In this document: piece after piece, positions 1 through 8,100 of the stretch
Numbering within the stretch: the stretch's first letter is position 1
Layout of the letters: each line of letters begins with the position of its first letter
Virus record (IMG/VR): IMGVR_UViG_3300031159_000007
Coordinates: 1-25,961 of that record
Length of the DNA: 25,961 bases
Direction: 5' to 3' (one strand)
Origin: a virus
Lineage: Duplodnaviria; Caudoviricetes
Notes under the pieces: generated by a model
What the model was told of the DNA's origin: nothing
The model's input: only the letters and a program-made list of their open reading frames with translations
Databases searched by the model: none
Made by a program: the position numbers and the translations under genes

Positions 1-759
1 CAGCGCCACGATGTTCACATCAGGCCCAGGTCCAGGTTCTCCAGGGGGACCAGGTTCTCCAGGTGGACCCTGGATGGGACCCACGTTCTTCCACTCGGCG
101 CCGTTCCACACCCAAAGTTCGCCGTCTATGACGTAGCCATCACCGGTCTCTGCCGTGGGCGGTAGCTCGCTGGGATCGTCGAGCGTTCCTTTGACGGCAA
201 GCCCAGCCCCAGGTGGGCCAGGCTCACCAGGTGGGCCAGGCTCACCAGGCGGACCTGGCACCGTCGAGCGGAAATACGACGCCGGCAGCAGCTCCAGCTT
301 GCCCGCCTCATTGATCCCGACAACGCTGTCCGGATTGCGCCCGAAATCGAGCCGCTCAAGCTCCGTGCCGTCGACCGGATGCTGCCGCACCGCGCGCGAG
401 ATCTCGCGGCGAAGCTCCTGCAGCTGCCGCTGGAGATCGTCGAGCGCCTGCTCGATGGCGCCGGGCGGGATCGAGCGCCACCCCGGAAAGGAGACGCTGC
501 GCTCGAACCGGCTCTCGCCGTCGATGGCGATGATGTCGCCCTCATCGGCCCCCTGGGCTAGCGTAATGGTGCCGGCAGCCTGGCCGACGCCCTGCACGGT
601 GTAGTCGACGTTGAGCTCGAGCTGCGTCACCGTGCCCTCCCGCCAGCGGTACACGGCAAGCTGGTCCGCCGCCGCGATCGGGAAGGTCACGTTGAACACC
701 TTCTGCCCGCCGGTGGCGGTGTAGGGGCCGGACTTGCGGTCGGAAACAGGAACCGTCAT
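1..759 (-). CDS. Tail fibre protein, N-terminal part (runs off window); T7 gp17-like anchor domain followed by collagen-like repeats
   Basis: Not in the ORF track. Manual translation from ATG at 759 is open to position 1: MTVPVSDRKSGPYTATGGQKVFNVTFPI...NVDYTVQGVG...GTITL...ALDDLQRQLQEL...PGPPGEPGPPGEPGPPG...GDGYVIDGELWVWNGAEWKNVGPIQGPPGEPG. Position follows the ejection proteins. Confidence 0.88.
   Translation of the reverse strand, partial: MTVPVSDRKSGPYTATGGQKVFNVTFPIAAADQLAVYRWREGTVTQLELNVDYTVQGVGQAAGTITLAQGADEGDIIAIDGESRFERSVSFPGWRSIPPGAIEQALDDLQRQLQELRREISRAVRQHPVDGTELERLDFGRNPDSVVGINEAGKLELLPASYFRSTVPGPPGEPGPPGEPGPPGAGLAVKGTLDDPSELPPTAETGDGYVIDGELWVWNGAEWKNVGPIQGPPGEPGPPGEPGPGPDVNIVAL
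26..72 (-). repeat. Collagen-like Gly-X-Y repeat block 2 in tail fibre
   Basis: Encodes GPPGEPGPPGEPGPG. Confidence 0.8.
209..259 (-). repeat. 18-bp tandem repeat encoding collagen-like block 1
   Basis: ccaggtgggccaggctca occurs twice (209-226, 227-244) plus a partial copy; encodes PGPPGEPGPPGEPGPPG. Confidence 0.85.
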
Positions 760-791
760 CGCGCGCCTAGCTCGACAGCTGATCGCGCCCG

Positions 792-821
792 AGCCTAGCG
801 CCACCGCAGTGCTGTTAACCG
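792..821 (-). promoter_or_regulatory. Putative late promoter, copy 1 (upstream of tail fibre)
   Basis: Minus strand CGGTTAACA-gcactgcggtggcgc-TAGGCT; same core and 15-nt spacing as copies at 19988-20017 and 23435-23464. Confidence 0.7.
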
Positions 822-827
822 GGCAGC

Positions 828-853
828 AAAAACCCCGGCGGTTGCCGGGGTTT
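828..853 (-). terminator. Rho-independent terminator after the 882-1826 gene
   Basis: Minus strand aaaCCCCGGC-aacc-GCCGGGGttttt: GC stem, 4-nt loop and T5 tract, just downstream of the stop at 882. Confidence 0.8.
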
Positions 854-881
854 CCGGTGGTGTCGGGAGTTTCCGCAGTTT

Positions 882-1826
882 TCAATGGAGCATGATCGCC
901 ACGTTGCGGCCCGTCCGCCGCTTGGTGACGAGCCCGAGATCGATGGCCTTCGCGACGCGCTTGGAGGCCTCGCTCTTTGCCACGCCCATGCGGCGGGCGA
1001 GCTCGTCGTTGGTGAGCGGCCGTCCATCGCCAGCATAAAAGGCACGGCGCAGCGCCTCGATCTCGTGGTCCTCGAGCACACTGTCCGTCGTCCGATTGTT
1101 TCCAGGGCCGGAAACTGCGGAAACAGCGGCAACTTGCGCGGCCGCGCTGCGACGGTGTCCGAAGACGTAGCCCCAGGACACGGCCGATCCCAGCTCGAAG
1201 AACAGGGCAAGCGCGAACGGCTCGAGCAGGATGAGCGCCGCCTTCACGCGAGCCTGGTCGAGGCCGAACAGCAGCGACAGCAGCGTCGCCGTCTTGTCGG
1301 CCTTGACGGCCACCGGCTCCGGCGGCCCCAGCTCGTCGATCTCCGCCTTGTAGCCGGCGACGGCCGCCTCGTAGACGGCCACGGAAGCCTTGAGGCCCTC
1401 GCAGCGCGGGCCTCTGCCCGTCGCGCACTCGGCCGCCATTTTCTCGCGCAGCTGATCGAGCTCGGCCTCGGCGGTTTCCTTCTTCTCGCGCACCGCGGCG
1501 CGCCGGGCGTTGCGGTCCTCGATGGCGAGCCGCTGCGCCTCGGCCTGTGCCGACTGGCGGCCCACGGAGTTGTAGACGATGAGCGCCGTGCCGGCCACGA
1601 AGAGGACGGCAAAGCCCAAGACGGCGAAGACACGCCGGCGCGTCAGGGCCTCGACGTCGAGGTGTCCGGTGGCGATGGTGCCGGCGACGATCAGCACGGC
1701 GAGCATATGGTCAAGGCGCCAGTGCCAGTTCGTGATCGCATCGTCGAGGAGGATGGCGAGCGCGCCGCCCGTAAACACGAATGCGGCGACGATTGCCAGC
1801 ACGCGGCTGGCCTGTAGATTAGGCAT
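882..1826 (-). CDS. Multi-pass membrane protein with coiled coil and C-terminal winged helix-turn-helix
   Basis: ATG at 1826 (MPNLQASRV) is preceded by AGGAGA. It has three N-terminal hydrophobic helices, a coiled coil with ECATGRGPRCE, a further TM segment, and C-terminal LTNDELARRMGVAKSEASKRVAKAIDLGLVTKRRTGR. Confidence 0.8.
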   Translation of the reverse strand: MPNLQASRVLAIVAAFVFTGGALAILLDDAITNWHWRLDHMLAVLIVAGTIATGHLDVEALTRRRVFAVLGFAVLFVAGTALIVYNSVGRQSAQAEAQRLAIEDRNARRAAVREKKETAEAELDQLREKMAAECATGRGPRCEGLKASVAVYEAAVAGYKAEIDELGPPEPVAVKADKTATLLSLLFGLDQARVKAALILLEPFALALFFELGSAVSWGYVFGHRRSAAAQVAAVSAVSGPGNNRTTDSVLEDHEIEALRRAFYAGDGRPLTNDELARRMGVAKSEASKRVAKAIDLGLVTKRRTGRNVAIMLH

Positions 1827-1997
1827 GGGTCGTTCTCCTGGTCGTGTCAGGTGGACGATCAAGGGCCGGCCGGGTGCTGCAACACTCGGTCGGTCCGCTC
1901 ACGCAATACTGGAGCAGTTCTTAATAAATACCATAGATCCCAGCAACTTTGGCGCAACACTGATGACCATTTCGTGATTTTTCGGGGGAGGATCGCA

Positions 1998-2351
1998 GTG
2001 GATGGGTTGCTCGTGCTCGTCGTGTGGCTGGCTGGCTCAACCGTCGGCAAGCTCGGAGATCCGCTCGCCTGGCTCCTGATGCTCGTGACGGCAGCAGCGG
2101 GCTGGATACGGTGGCCCTGGTGGGCTTTCCCGGCGGCGGCGATTATCGCCAGCGCTCTGAACGTGGCGGTTGCCTATTCGTGGTGGGTGAAGGTCGGCGT
2201 TGCTCACGCCTGGGTGAGGCACTCGGCGGCCATCCTGGCGGCACACTTGGTGCTCGCCGGTGCCGCCTACGCCCTCGGCCGCCTCGCCGGTCGCCTCCGG
2301 CCCGCAGCATTTCATCCGCGAACGCCGCAATTGCGCTCGCGGCCTGATTGA
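1998..2351 (+). CDS. Small integral membrane protein (about 4 TM helices), hypothetical
   Basis: GTG at 1998 is preceded by GGAGG; 117 aa, very hydrophobic and Trp-rich (MDGLLVLVVWLAG...WIRWPWWAFP...). Confidence 0.65.
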   Translation: MDGLLVLVVWLAGSTVGKLGDPLAWLLMLVTAAAGWIRWPWWAFPAAAIIASALNVAVAYSWWVKVGVAHAWVRHSAAILAAHLVLAGAAYALGRLAGRLRPAAFHPRTPQLRSRPD

Positions 2352-2389
2352 GCCAGACTTTGCTGATTCAAACGGGAAAGGGGGATCTC

Positions 2390-2716
2390 ATGCGCCTGCT
2401 GCTCACCACGCTCCTCGCGCTCGCGATTTCGGCCGGCGTCGCTTCGGCCCAAACCTGCACCACAATCGGGAGCTCCGTCTACTGCGACAATGGCCTGTCG
2501 GCGAGCCGGATCGGCGGCACGACCTACTGGAGCGACGGGGTCACCTCAAGCCAGATCGGCGGCACCACCTACTTCAGCGATGGCACGACGGCCTCGCGCA
2601 TAGGCGGCACCACGTACTACAGCGACGGGACCACAGCCAACCGCATCGGCAACACCACCTACTTCAGCAATGGCGTCACGTGCTCGCGGATCGGCAGAAC
2701 CGTCTACTGCAACTGA
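2390..2716 (+). CDS. Secreted/periplasmic small protein with 15-aa tandem beta repeats
   Basis: ATG at 2390 follows a purine-rich RBS (AAAGGGGGA). Sec-type signal peptide MRLLLTTLLALAISAGVASA, then repeats of SRIGGTTY.SDG.T. with Cys pairs in the first and last units. Confidence 0.85.
   Translation: MRLLLTTLLALAISAGVASAQTCTTIGSSVYCDNGLSASRIGGTTYWSDGVTSSQIGGTTYFSDGTTASRIGGTTYYSDGTTANRIGNTTYFSNGVTCSRIGRTVYCN
2503..2713 (+). repeat. Degenerate 45-bp coding tandem repeat (about 5 units)
   Basis: Recurring atcggcggcac.acctact..agcga.gg at 45-nt periodicity. Confidence 0.8.
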
Positions 2717-2719
2717 GCG

Positions 2720-5179
2720 CTATCTCGCCAAAGCCGGCCCGCGCCGCGGCGCCGTCTCACCCGGCCGCCACCAGAAGTCCTGACCGAAGTCGCGCCGCCT
2801 CGTGTCCATCCGCCGGCGGAAGGCAGCACGCGCATCCGGGTCCATGAGATGCTGCAGCTGGTCGAGCACCACGCGCTCGTAGGCGAGCTGCAGATACCAA
2901 GTCGTCCCGCCCGGCGTGTGGCTGCGCAGGAAGTTGACGAGCTCGCGGCCGGAGTTCGTCTTCTCCTTGCCCTGCGCGAACTCGAACACGTTGCCGATCG
3001 TCAGCTTTCTGAGATCGTCGGCCGTGTCCCAAATCGGCCCCGCCACTGTGCGCGCGAGGCCGCCGCCGAACCGGTTCACATCGGAAAACAGGAAGTCGCC
3101 ATAGATGCCGGCGCCGCCGCCCTGCAGCAGCGCTGCGCCCCAGAAATCGCGCCCCTCCTTGTCCATGGGCGTCATCTTGCGCGGGTCGCGGCCGCCAATG
3201 ATCTCCTTGAGCTGCAGCGATAGAGCTCCGAACAGCGTCAGCGTGATGAGCAGTCCCCCGGCGTAAACCGCGCCGCGCGCGATGGAGCCGCTGGCGATCT
3301 CGCGGAAGACGCGCCCGCCATGAAGCATGGCGAACGTGACGGGGAAGCTCTTGAACTGCATGCCTGAGCGGGCGAGCTCGCCGAGGAGCGTGCCAGGCCG
3401 GGTCGATCCGGTCGCCAGCGACTGCGAGCCGACGGTCGTTTCGGGGATGGCGTAGGTCGTCTCGCGCAAGATCATGGCGATGTACCGCTCGGCGAGGTCG
3501 CGCCGGCCGGCGGCGGCCATCTCGGCCGGGCGCAAGAGCGGCGCCCCGCCCTCGCGCGTGTAGAGCGGCATGGCGCGCATCGCATCCCAGTCGTCGGCCG
3601 TGAAGCCGTGCCGGTCGAGCATCCGGCGCACCGGCGCCGGCAGGTCGGTCCAGGGATGCGCGACCTGATCGGCGAGGAAGCCCTGCACCTCGAGGCCGAA
3701 CGCATGCTTGCCGGCTTGCGTGAAGGGCGAGAGGCCCGAGAAGGTCAGCGCCCGGTCCGACAGCCAGCGCGTCCATTCCGGGCCGCTCAGAGCCCCGACG
3801 TAGCGCGCCTGCTGGTGCAGCGTGTGCAGCGCCGCGTCGAGGATGAGACCGGCGCGCACGGCCTCGCGCCGGTTCTCGCGGCTGAACTGGCGAACCACGT
3901 CGGCGAAGGTGCGCGTGGCCCTCAAGCCGTTGAAGCGCCGCGTGATGGCCTGGGTGCCGAGGTCGGACAGCGAGGTGATCGCCGCCTTGCCGAGCCGTGA
4001 GGCGGTGATGAAGTTGCGCGTGCCGGCGAGCACGTTGGCCCAGCGGGCGCTGACGGGCGTGTTCGCGGCCCCGCGCATGTGCGCCCACATCTCGTCGGCG
4101 CGGAACAGAATGACCTGCGCCGTGGGATCGTTCCGCGTCTGCTGCAGCACCAGCTGCTTCAGGTAGGTGCGCATGCTCTCGGGGTTCGGCCCGAGGATCT
4201 CCATGGCGGCGATGTCCCGCGCCATGACGTTGATGTGGCCCATCATGGCGGCGAACGGGTCGCCCTCGCCGAAGGTGCGGGCATACTCCAGCCAGGCGTC
4301 CGGGTCCTTGAAGTGCAGGAAGCGATGGTCGGCGTGCTGCCGGAACAGCGCGCCGCGGCCCACCGGCACGCCCGAGGGCTCGCGGTCGATCCAGCCGTCC
4401 GTGGTGATCCGGTCGTAGACGACGCGCAGGCTGTCGGCGAGCTCGTCGTCGGTGAGCTGGCGCCCGGTCACCGGGTGCACCATGCGCGACTTGTCGAGCC
4501 GCGGCTCGATGAAGGCGCGCCAGGCATCGAAGCCCGCCCGCATCAGCGCTTCCGGGTCGTGGCTCTGCGGCAGCCCCCAGTCCTTGAGCTTGCCGATGGC
4601 CCCGCCGGCGGCGTTGAAGCGCTGGCGCAGATCCTCGGCCACCTTGCTCCAGCTCGCCGCCAGGTGCTTCGCGCGCGGATCGCCGCTGTCGCGGCCGAAG
4701 AGCTCGCGCACGACGTTCTCGAGGCGTGTGACCGTGCGCGTGGAGGCGAACCAGGAGCCCGCCTGGCGCCGCTTGTCGCCGGCGAGCTTGCCCTTGCGGA
4801 ACTCGAAGAGCAGCTCCTCCATGTCGGCGTGCGCCTGGGCGATGATGGCGAGCCGCTTGTGCTCGATATCCTCGAAGCGGGCCTGGCCCTGGTGCTCGTG
4901 CAGATAGCGGAAGGCGTTGGCGGGATCTGGGTTGCCGCGCGCGTCGCGGTGCTGGGCGATCGCCTCCTCGAGCTCGGTCCGCCGGGTCTCGGTGAGCAGC
5001 GCCCGCCGGCGCCGCTCGAAGGCCTCGGCCTCGAGCTCCTCGATGAGCTGCTCGCGCGCCAGCCCGCGCGAGCTCAGGTGGCGCACGAGCTGGTCGTAGC
5101 GCCGCTCCAGCTCCATCGCCTCCTCGAGCGTGATGTGGCCCTGGGCTTGGGCCGAGCGGATGCAGTCGCGCAGGCTCAT
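2720..5179 (-). CDS. Internal virion / DNA ejection protein (819 aa)
   Basis: Long helical ORF overlapping the upstream stop. Motifs QFKSFP, GGGAGIYGDFLF and PGGTTWY resemble the last ejection protein of BPP-1/epsilon15-like podoviruses; gene order fits. Confidence 0.75.
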   Translation of the reverse strand: MSLRDCIRSAQAQGHITLEEAMELERRYDQLVRHLSSRGLAREQLIEELEAEAFERRRRALLTETRRTELEEAIAQHRDARGNPDPANAFRYLHEHQGQARFEDIEHKRLAIIAQAHADMEELLFEFRKGKLAGDKRRQAGSWFASTRTVTRLENVVRELFGRDSGDPRAKHLAASWSKVAEDLRQRFNAAGGAIGKLKDWGLPQSHDPEALMRAGFDAWRAFIEPRLDKSRMVHPVTGRQLTDDELADSLRVVYDRITTDGWIDREPSGVPVGRGALFRQHADHRFLHFKDPDAWLEYARTFGEGDPFAAMMGHINVMARDIAAMEILGPNPESMRTYLKQLVLQQTRNDPTAQVILFRADEMWAHMRGAANTPVSARWANVLAGTRNFITASRLGKAAITSLSDLGTQAITRRFNGLRATRTFADVVRQFSRENRREAVRAGLILDAALHTLHQQARYVGALSGPEWTRWLSDRALTFSGLSPFTQAGKHAFGLEVQGFLADQVAHPWTDLPAPVRRMLDRHGFTADDWDAMRAMPLYTREGGAPLLRPAEMAAAGRRDLAERYIAMILRETTYAIPETTVGSQSLATGSTRPGTLLGELARSGMQFKSFPVTFAMLHGGRVFREIASGSIARGAVYAGGLLITLTLFGALSLQLKEIIGGRDPRKMTPMDKEGRDFWGAALLQGGGAGIYGDFLFSDVNRFGGGLARTVAGPIWDTADDLRKLTIGNVFEFAQGKEKTNSGRELVNFLRSHTPGGTTWYLQLAYERVVLDQLQHLMDPDARAAFRRRMDTRRRDFGQDFWWRPGETAPRRGPALAR

Positions 5180-8100
5180 AGCTTGCAGGCCTCCACCGTA
5201 TCCTTGAGCTCCGTCGCCCGGTCAGCCTCCTCGAGCTCGCGGGCGAGCTTGGAGCGCCTCAGACGCACAGCGTTGGCCGTCAGCCGGCCGCCGAAGGTCT
5301 GGCTCAAAAGGTCGGCGAGCTCCGCCGCCGTCATGCCGGCGAGGTCCTCCCGCGTCAGCATGGCGAGGGCCTCGGGCGTCCACTCGAACTTGCCTTCGTT
5401 GAGCCAGGTCGGCCGGCGGCCGTGCGGCTGCCGCGGCCCGCGCGGGTCACTCAGCGGCGGCAGCTTGATGCCTTTCTGTTTCGCCCGGTCGCGCGCCCGG
5501 TAGACCGCCCGCGGCGTCACAGGCCGGCCGAGGCGCTCCGACAGCCGCTCGGCCACCTCGCGCGCGGTGAGCCCGGCCAGGTCGGGCGCGGCGACGGCGT
5601 GCTCCGTCGGCGCCAGCGCCCTGTCGATCCCCTCCGGCCCGACCGTCTGCGACACGGCCGCCACGCTCACGTAGCTGCCGCGCTTCTCCGTCAACGCACG
5701 CGCGATCTCGATTACCGATTGCCCCGCCCGGACCATGTCTCTTGCCATTGCCCTCTCCTCCTTGGAGAGGCCGAAGCCGACGCTCTTGCGCGGCGGCGGC
5801 GTCGCCGGCCGTTCCGGTATGCGGCCGGCGCGGCGGTCAGCCTTGAGCACCTCGTCGATCCGCCACCAGACCATGCGGCGCGCCACCGCGTCCGCGTCCA
5901 CCTCGACGCCGAAGTGCCGCGTCATCGCCGCGGCGATCTCGGCTGCCGACAATCCCTCGCCGGCGAGCTTCTCCTCGAAGTCGCGGAAGGCTTGCGCCAA
6001 GCGGTCGGCCTCGATCTCGACCTCAGACCGCGCCCTGCGCTGCACCACCGGCCGCTGTTCGGCCCGCTCACGGGCCTGCTCGAGCGCGTGCGTGCGGCGG
6101 GTGAGCTCCTCCCACAGCGCCTCTTCCCAGTCCTCGGCGAGCTGCGGCCCCTTGACGTCCTTGCGGATGATCTGCTCGGCCCGCGGCACGTCCTCGGTCA
6201 TCTCCGGGCTTGCCGCCAGCCGCTCCTCGCGCCGCATCCGCGAGCGGCGCTCGACGTTGCGCGCCTCCACTTCGCCGGCGAGCTTGAGGTAGAGGATCTT
6301 TCCACGCGTCCGCTCGAGCTGGTCTCGCTCGTAAAGCAGGGTGCCGAGCTGCTCGAGGAGCGAGGCCCGCCAGTGGACCGCGCTCGCCGGGTCGAACGGC
6401 GCGATGGTCGCCTCGAGGGCCTCGAGCTGCTCGGTAATCGCCGCGGCTTCCCGGTCGAGGTCTTCAATCGCCTTGCGCACCCAAAGCGCCATGTACCCAG
6501 GCGAGCCGCCGCGGGCGAAATTCTCGCGTCTCTGGATGAGATGCTGCAGCTCGTGCAGCAGGGTGAGCCGCGCCTGCTTGGCGCTCGGCGCCCGCACGTG
6601 GATCTCGCGCGGCCGCTCCATCGTGGCGCCGCGCCGGCCGAGGCGGCGGTCGTGCATCAGGGTCACACGCACACGCCGAAGCTCCGGGTAGGCTTCCCAC
6701 AAAAGCGGATGGTCGAGGATCTCGTCGGCGCGCCCCTCGATGACCTTGGTGGCGAACTGCCCCTTGGCGACCTTCTCGGCGCGCATCTTGAGGCGCGCAT
6801 CGCGGTCGGGGATCTCGAAGCGCCAGAGGCCATCGGCGCCGCGGAACCAGCCCGTCGCCTGCCAAATCTCGAAAGCGGTGCGGCCAGCGTTCTCCATGAC
6901 CTGCGCCGCCTCGAGCCGCGCCAGGTCGGCGTTCCGCGCCAACGGGCCGGCCATGGCGAAGCGATCGCGCGGACTGCCGTGGAAGTTATGAAAGGCAAAG
7001 GCCGGAGCGGTCTCGCTTGCGGCCATCCGTCGCCCGATGAACTCGCCGCCGTCCGCACTAAATAGCTCCTCCAGCAGCGGCTGGATCGGCGCCACGAGCC
7101 GAGGCGAGATGGCCCCATGGTGGATCAGCTCCACCATGTGCATGATGGCCTCCTCGGCCATCAGGTCATCGCGGTTCGGGCGTGTGCTATACTGCTCGGC
7201 GTAGATCTCGCGCAGCGTGCGGCGATAGCCGTCGACCACGAGATCGTCTCGGCCGATCAGAGACGCGAAATCGTTCCACTCGAGGTCGAGGATACGGAGG
7301 GCCTCAGCATGGCGAGAAAGAGCACTGCGCAGCGTCGCGTCGATCCGAATATGCCCGAGCTCGTGAAGAAGCCGGCCGACAAGCTCGGCGGCACCGATGT
7401 CGAGGACCTCGGGGAGTTCGTCGAGGATGGGCCTGTCCAGGTCATCCCTGAGCGGCCGCCGGCGCGGCCAGCCAAGCTGAAAAATTAGGATCGCCCGGCC
7501 GGCGTTGAACACCGCGGCGCGCTTGCCGCGGAACTGCGCCCAATTGGCATTGAGGCTGAAACGCTTGCCGTCCAGATCGGCGAAGATGAAACGGCTGCGC
7601 CCACTCGGCAACGGCTCTGCCGCCTGCAGCACGCCGACGCGCCAGCCTTCGGGCACCTGGTCGCGGACGGCACCGAGTGCCGCCCGTGTGGCTTCGACCA
7701 CCTCGGCGGCTACCTGAGCCGGGCGCCCCTGCGCAAGCGCCAGATCCCATTCGCCGCGGGTCTCGATGTCCCCGACGGCGAATGGCGGCTCGTCTAGTGA
7801 AGCTTGGTCTTCCGGGCGGCCAGCACGCGCTTGATCACCGCCCAGCCCTTCTCGGCCTTCTGCCGCGGCGTCTCGGAGCCGCTGCCGGAGGTCTTCTTCG
7901 GTCTTTGCGTCGTCGAGCCCGAGCCTGCCAAGGTCCGCCTCCATCTGCTCAGCGATCAGGAAGTCGTCGAGGAGCTCCCGATCGGCCTGGCGCACGACCA
8001 TTGTACCACGAAGATCCTCATCAATGGCCGATAACAGATCGTTGATCGTGGGCCGCTCGACGCCGGGAAGGAAGCCGTGCTCGTGAGCGAGGCGCGCCGC

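Noticed and set aside
155-604. Plus-strand ORF with PGGPGS repeats
   Set aside because: It is the antisense reading of the tail-fibre collagen repeats.
2503-2713. Regularly spaced repeats as a possible CRISPR array or DGR template
   Set aside because: The units are contiguous, degenerate at synonymous positions and in frame within a signal-peptide protein. There are no unique spacers, cas genes or reverse transcriptase in the window.
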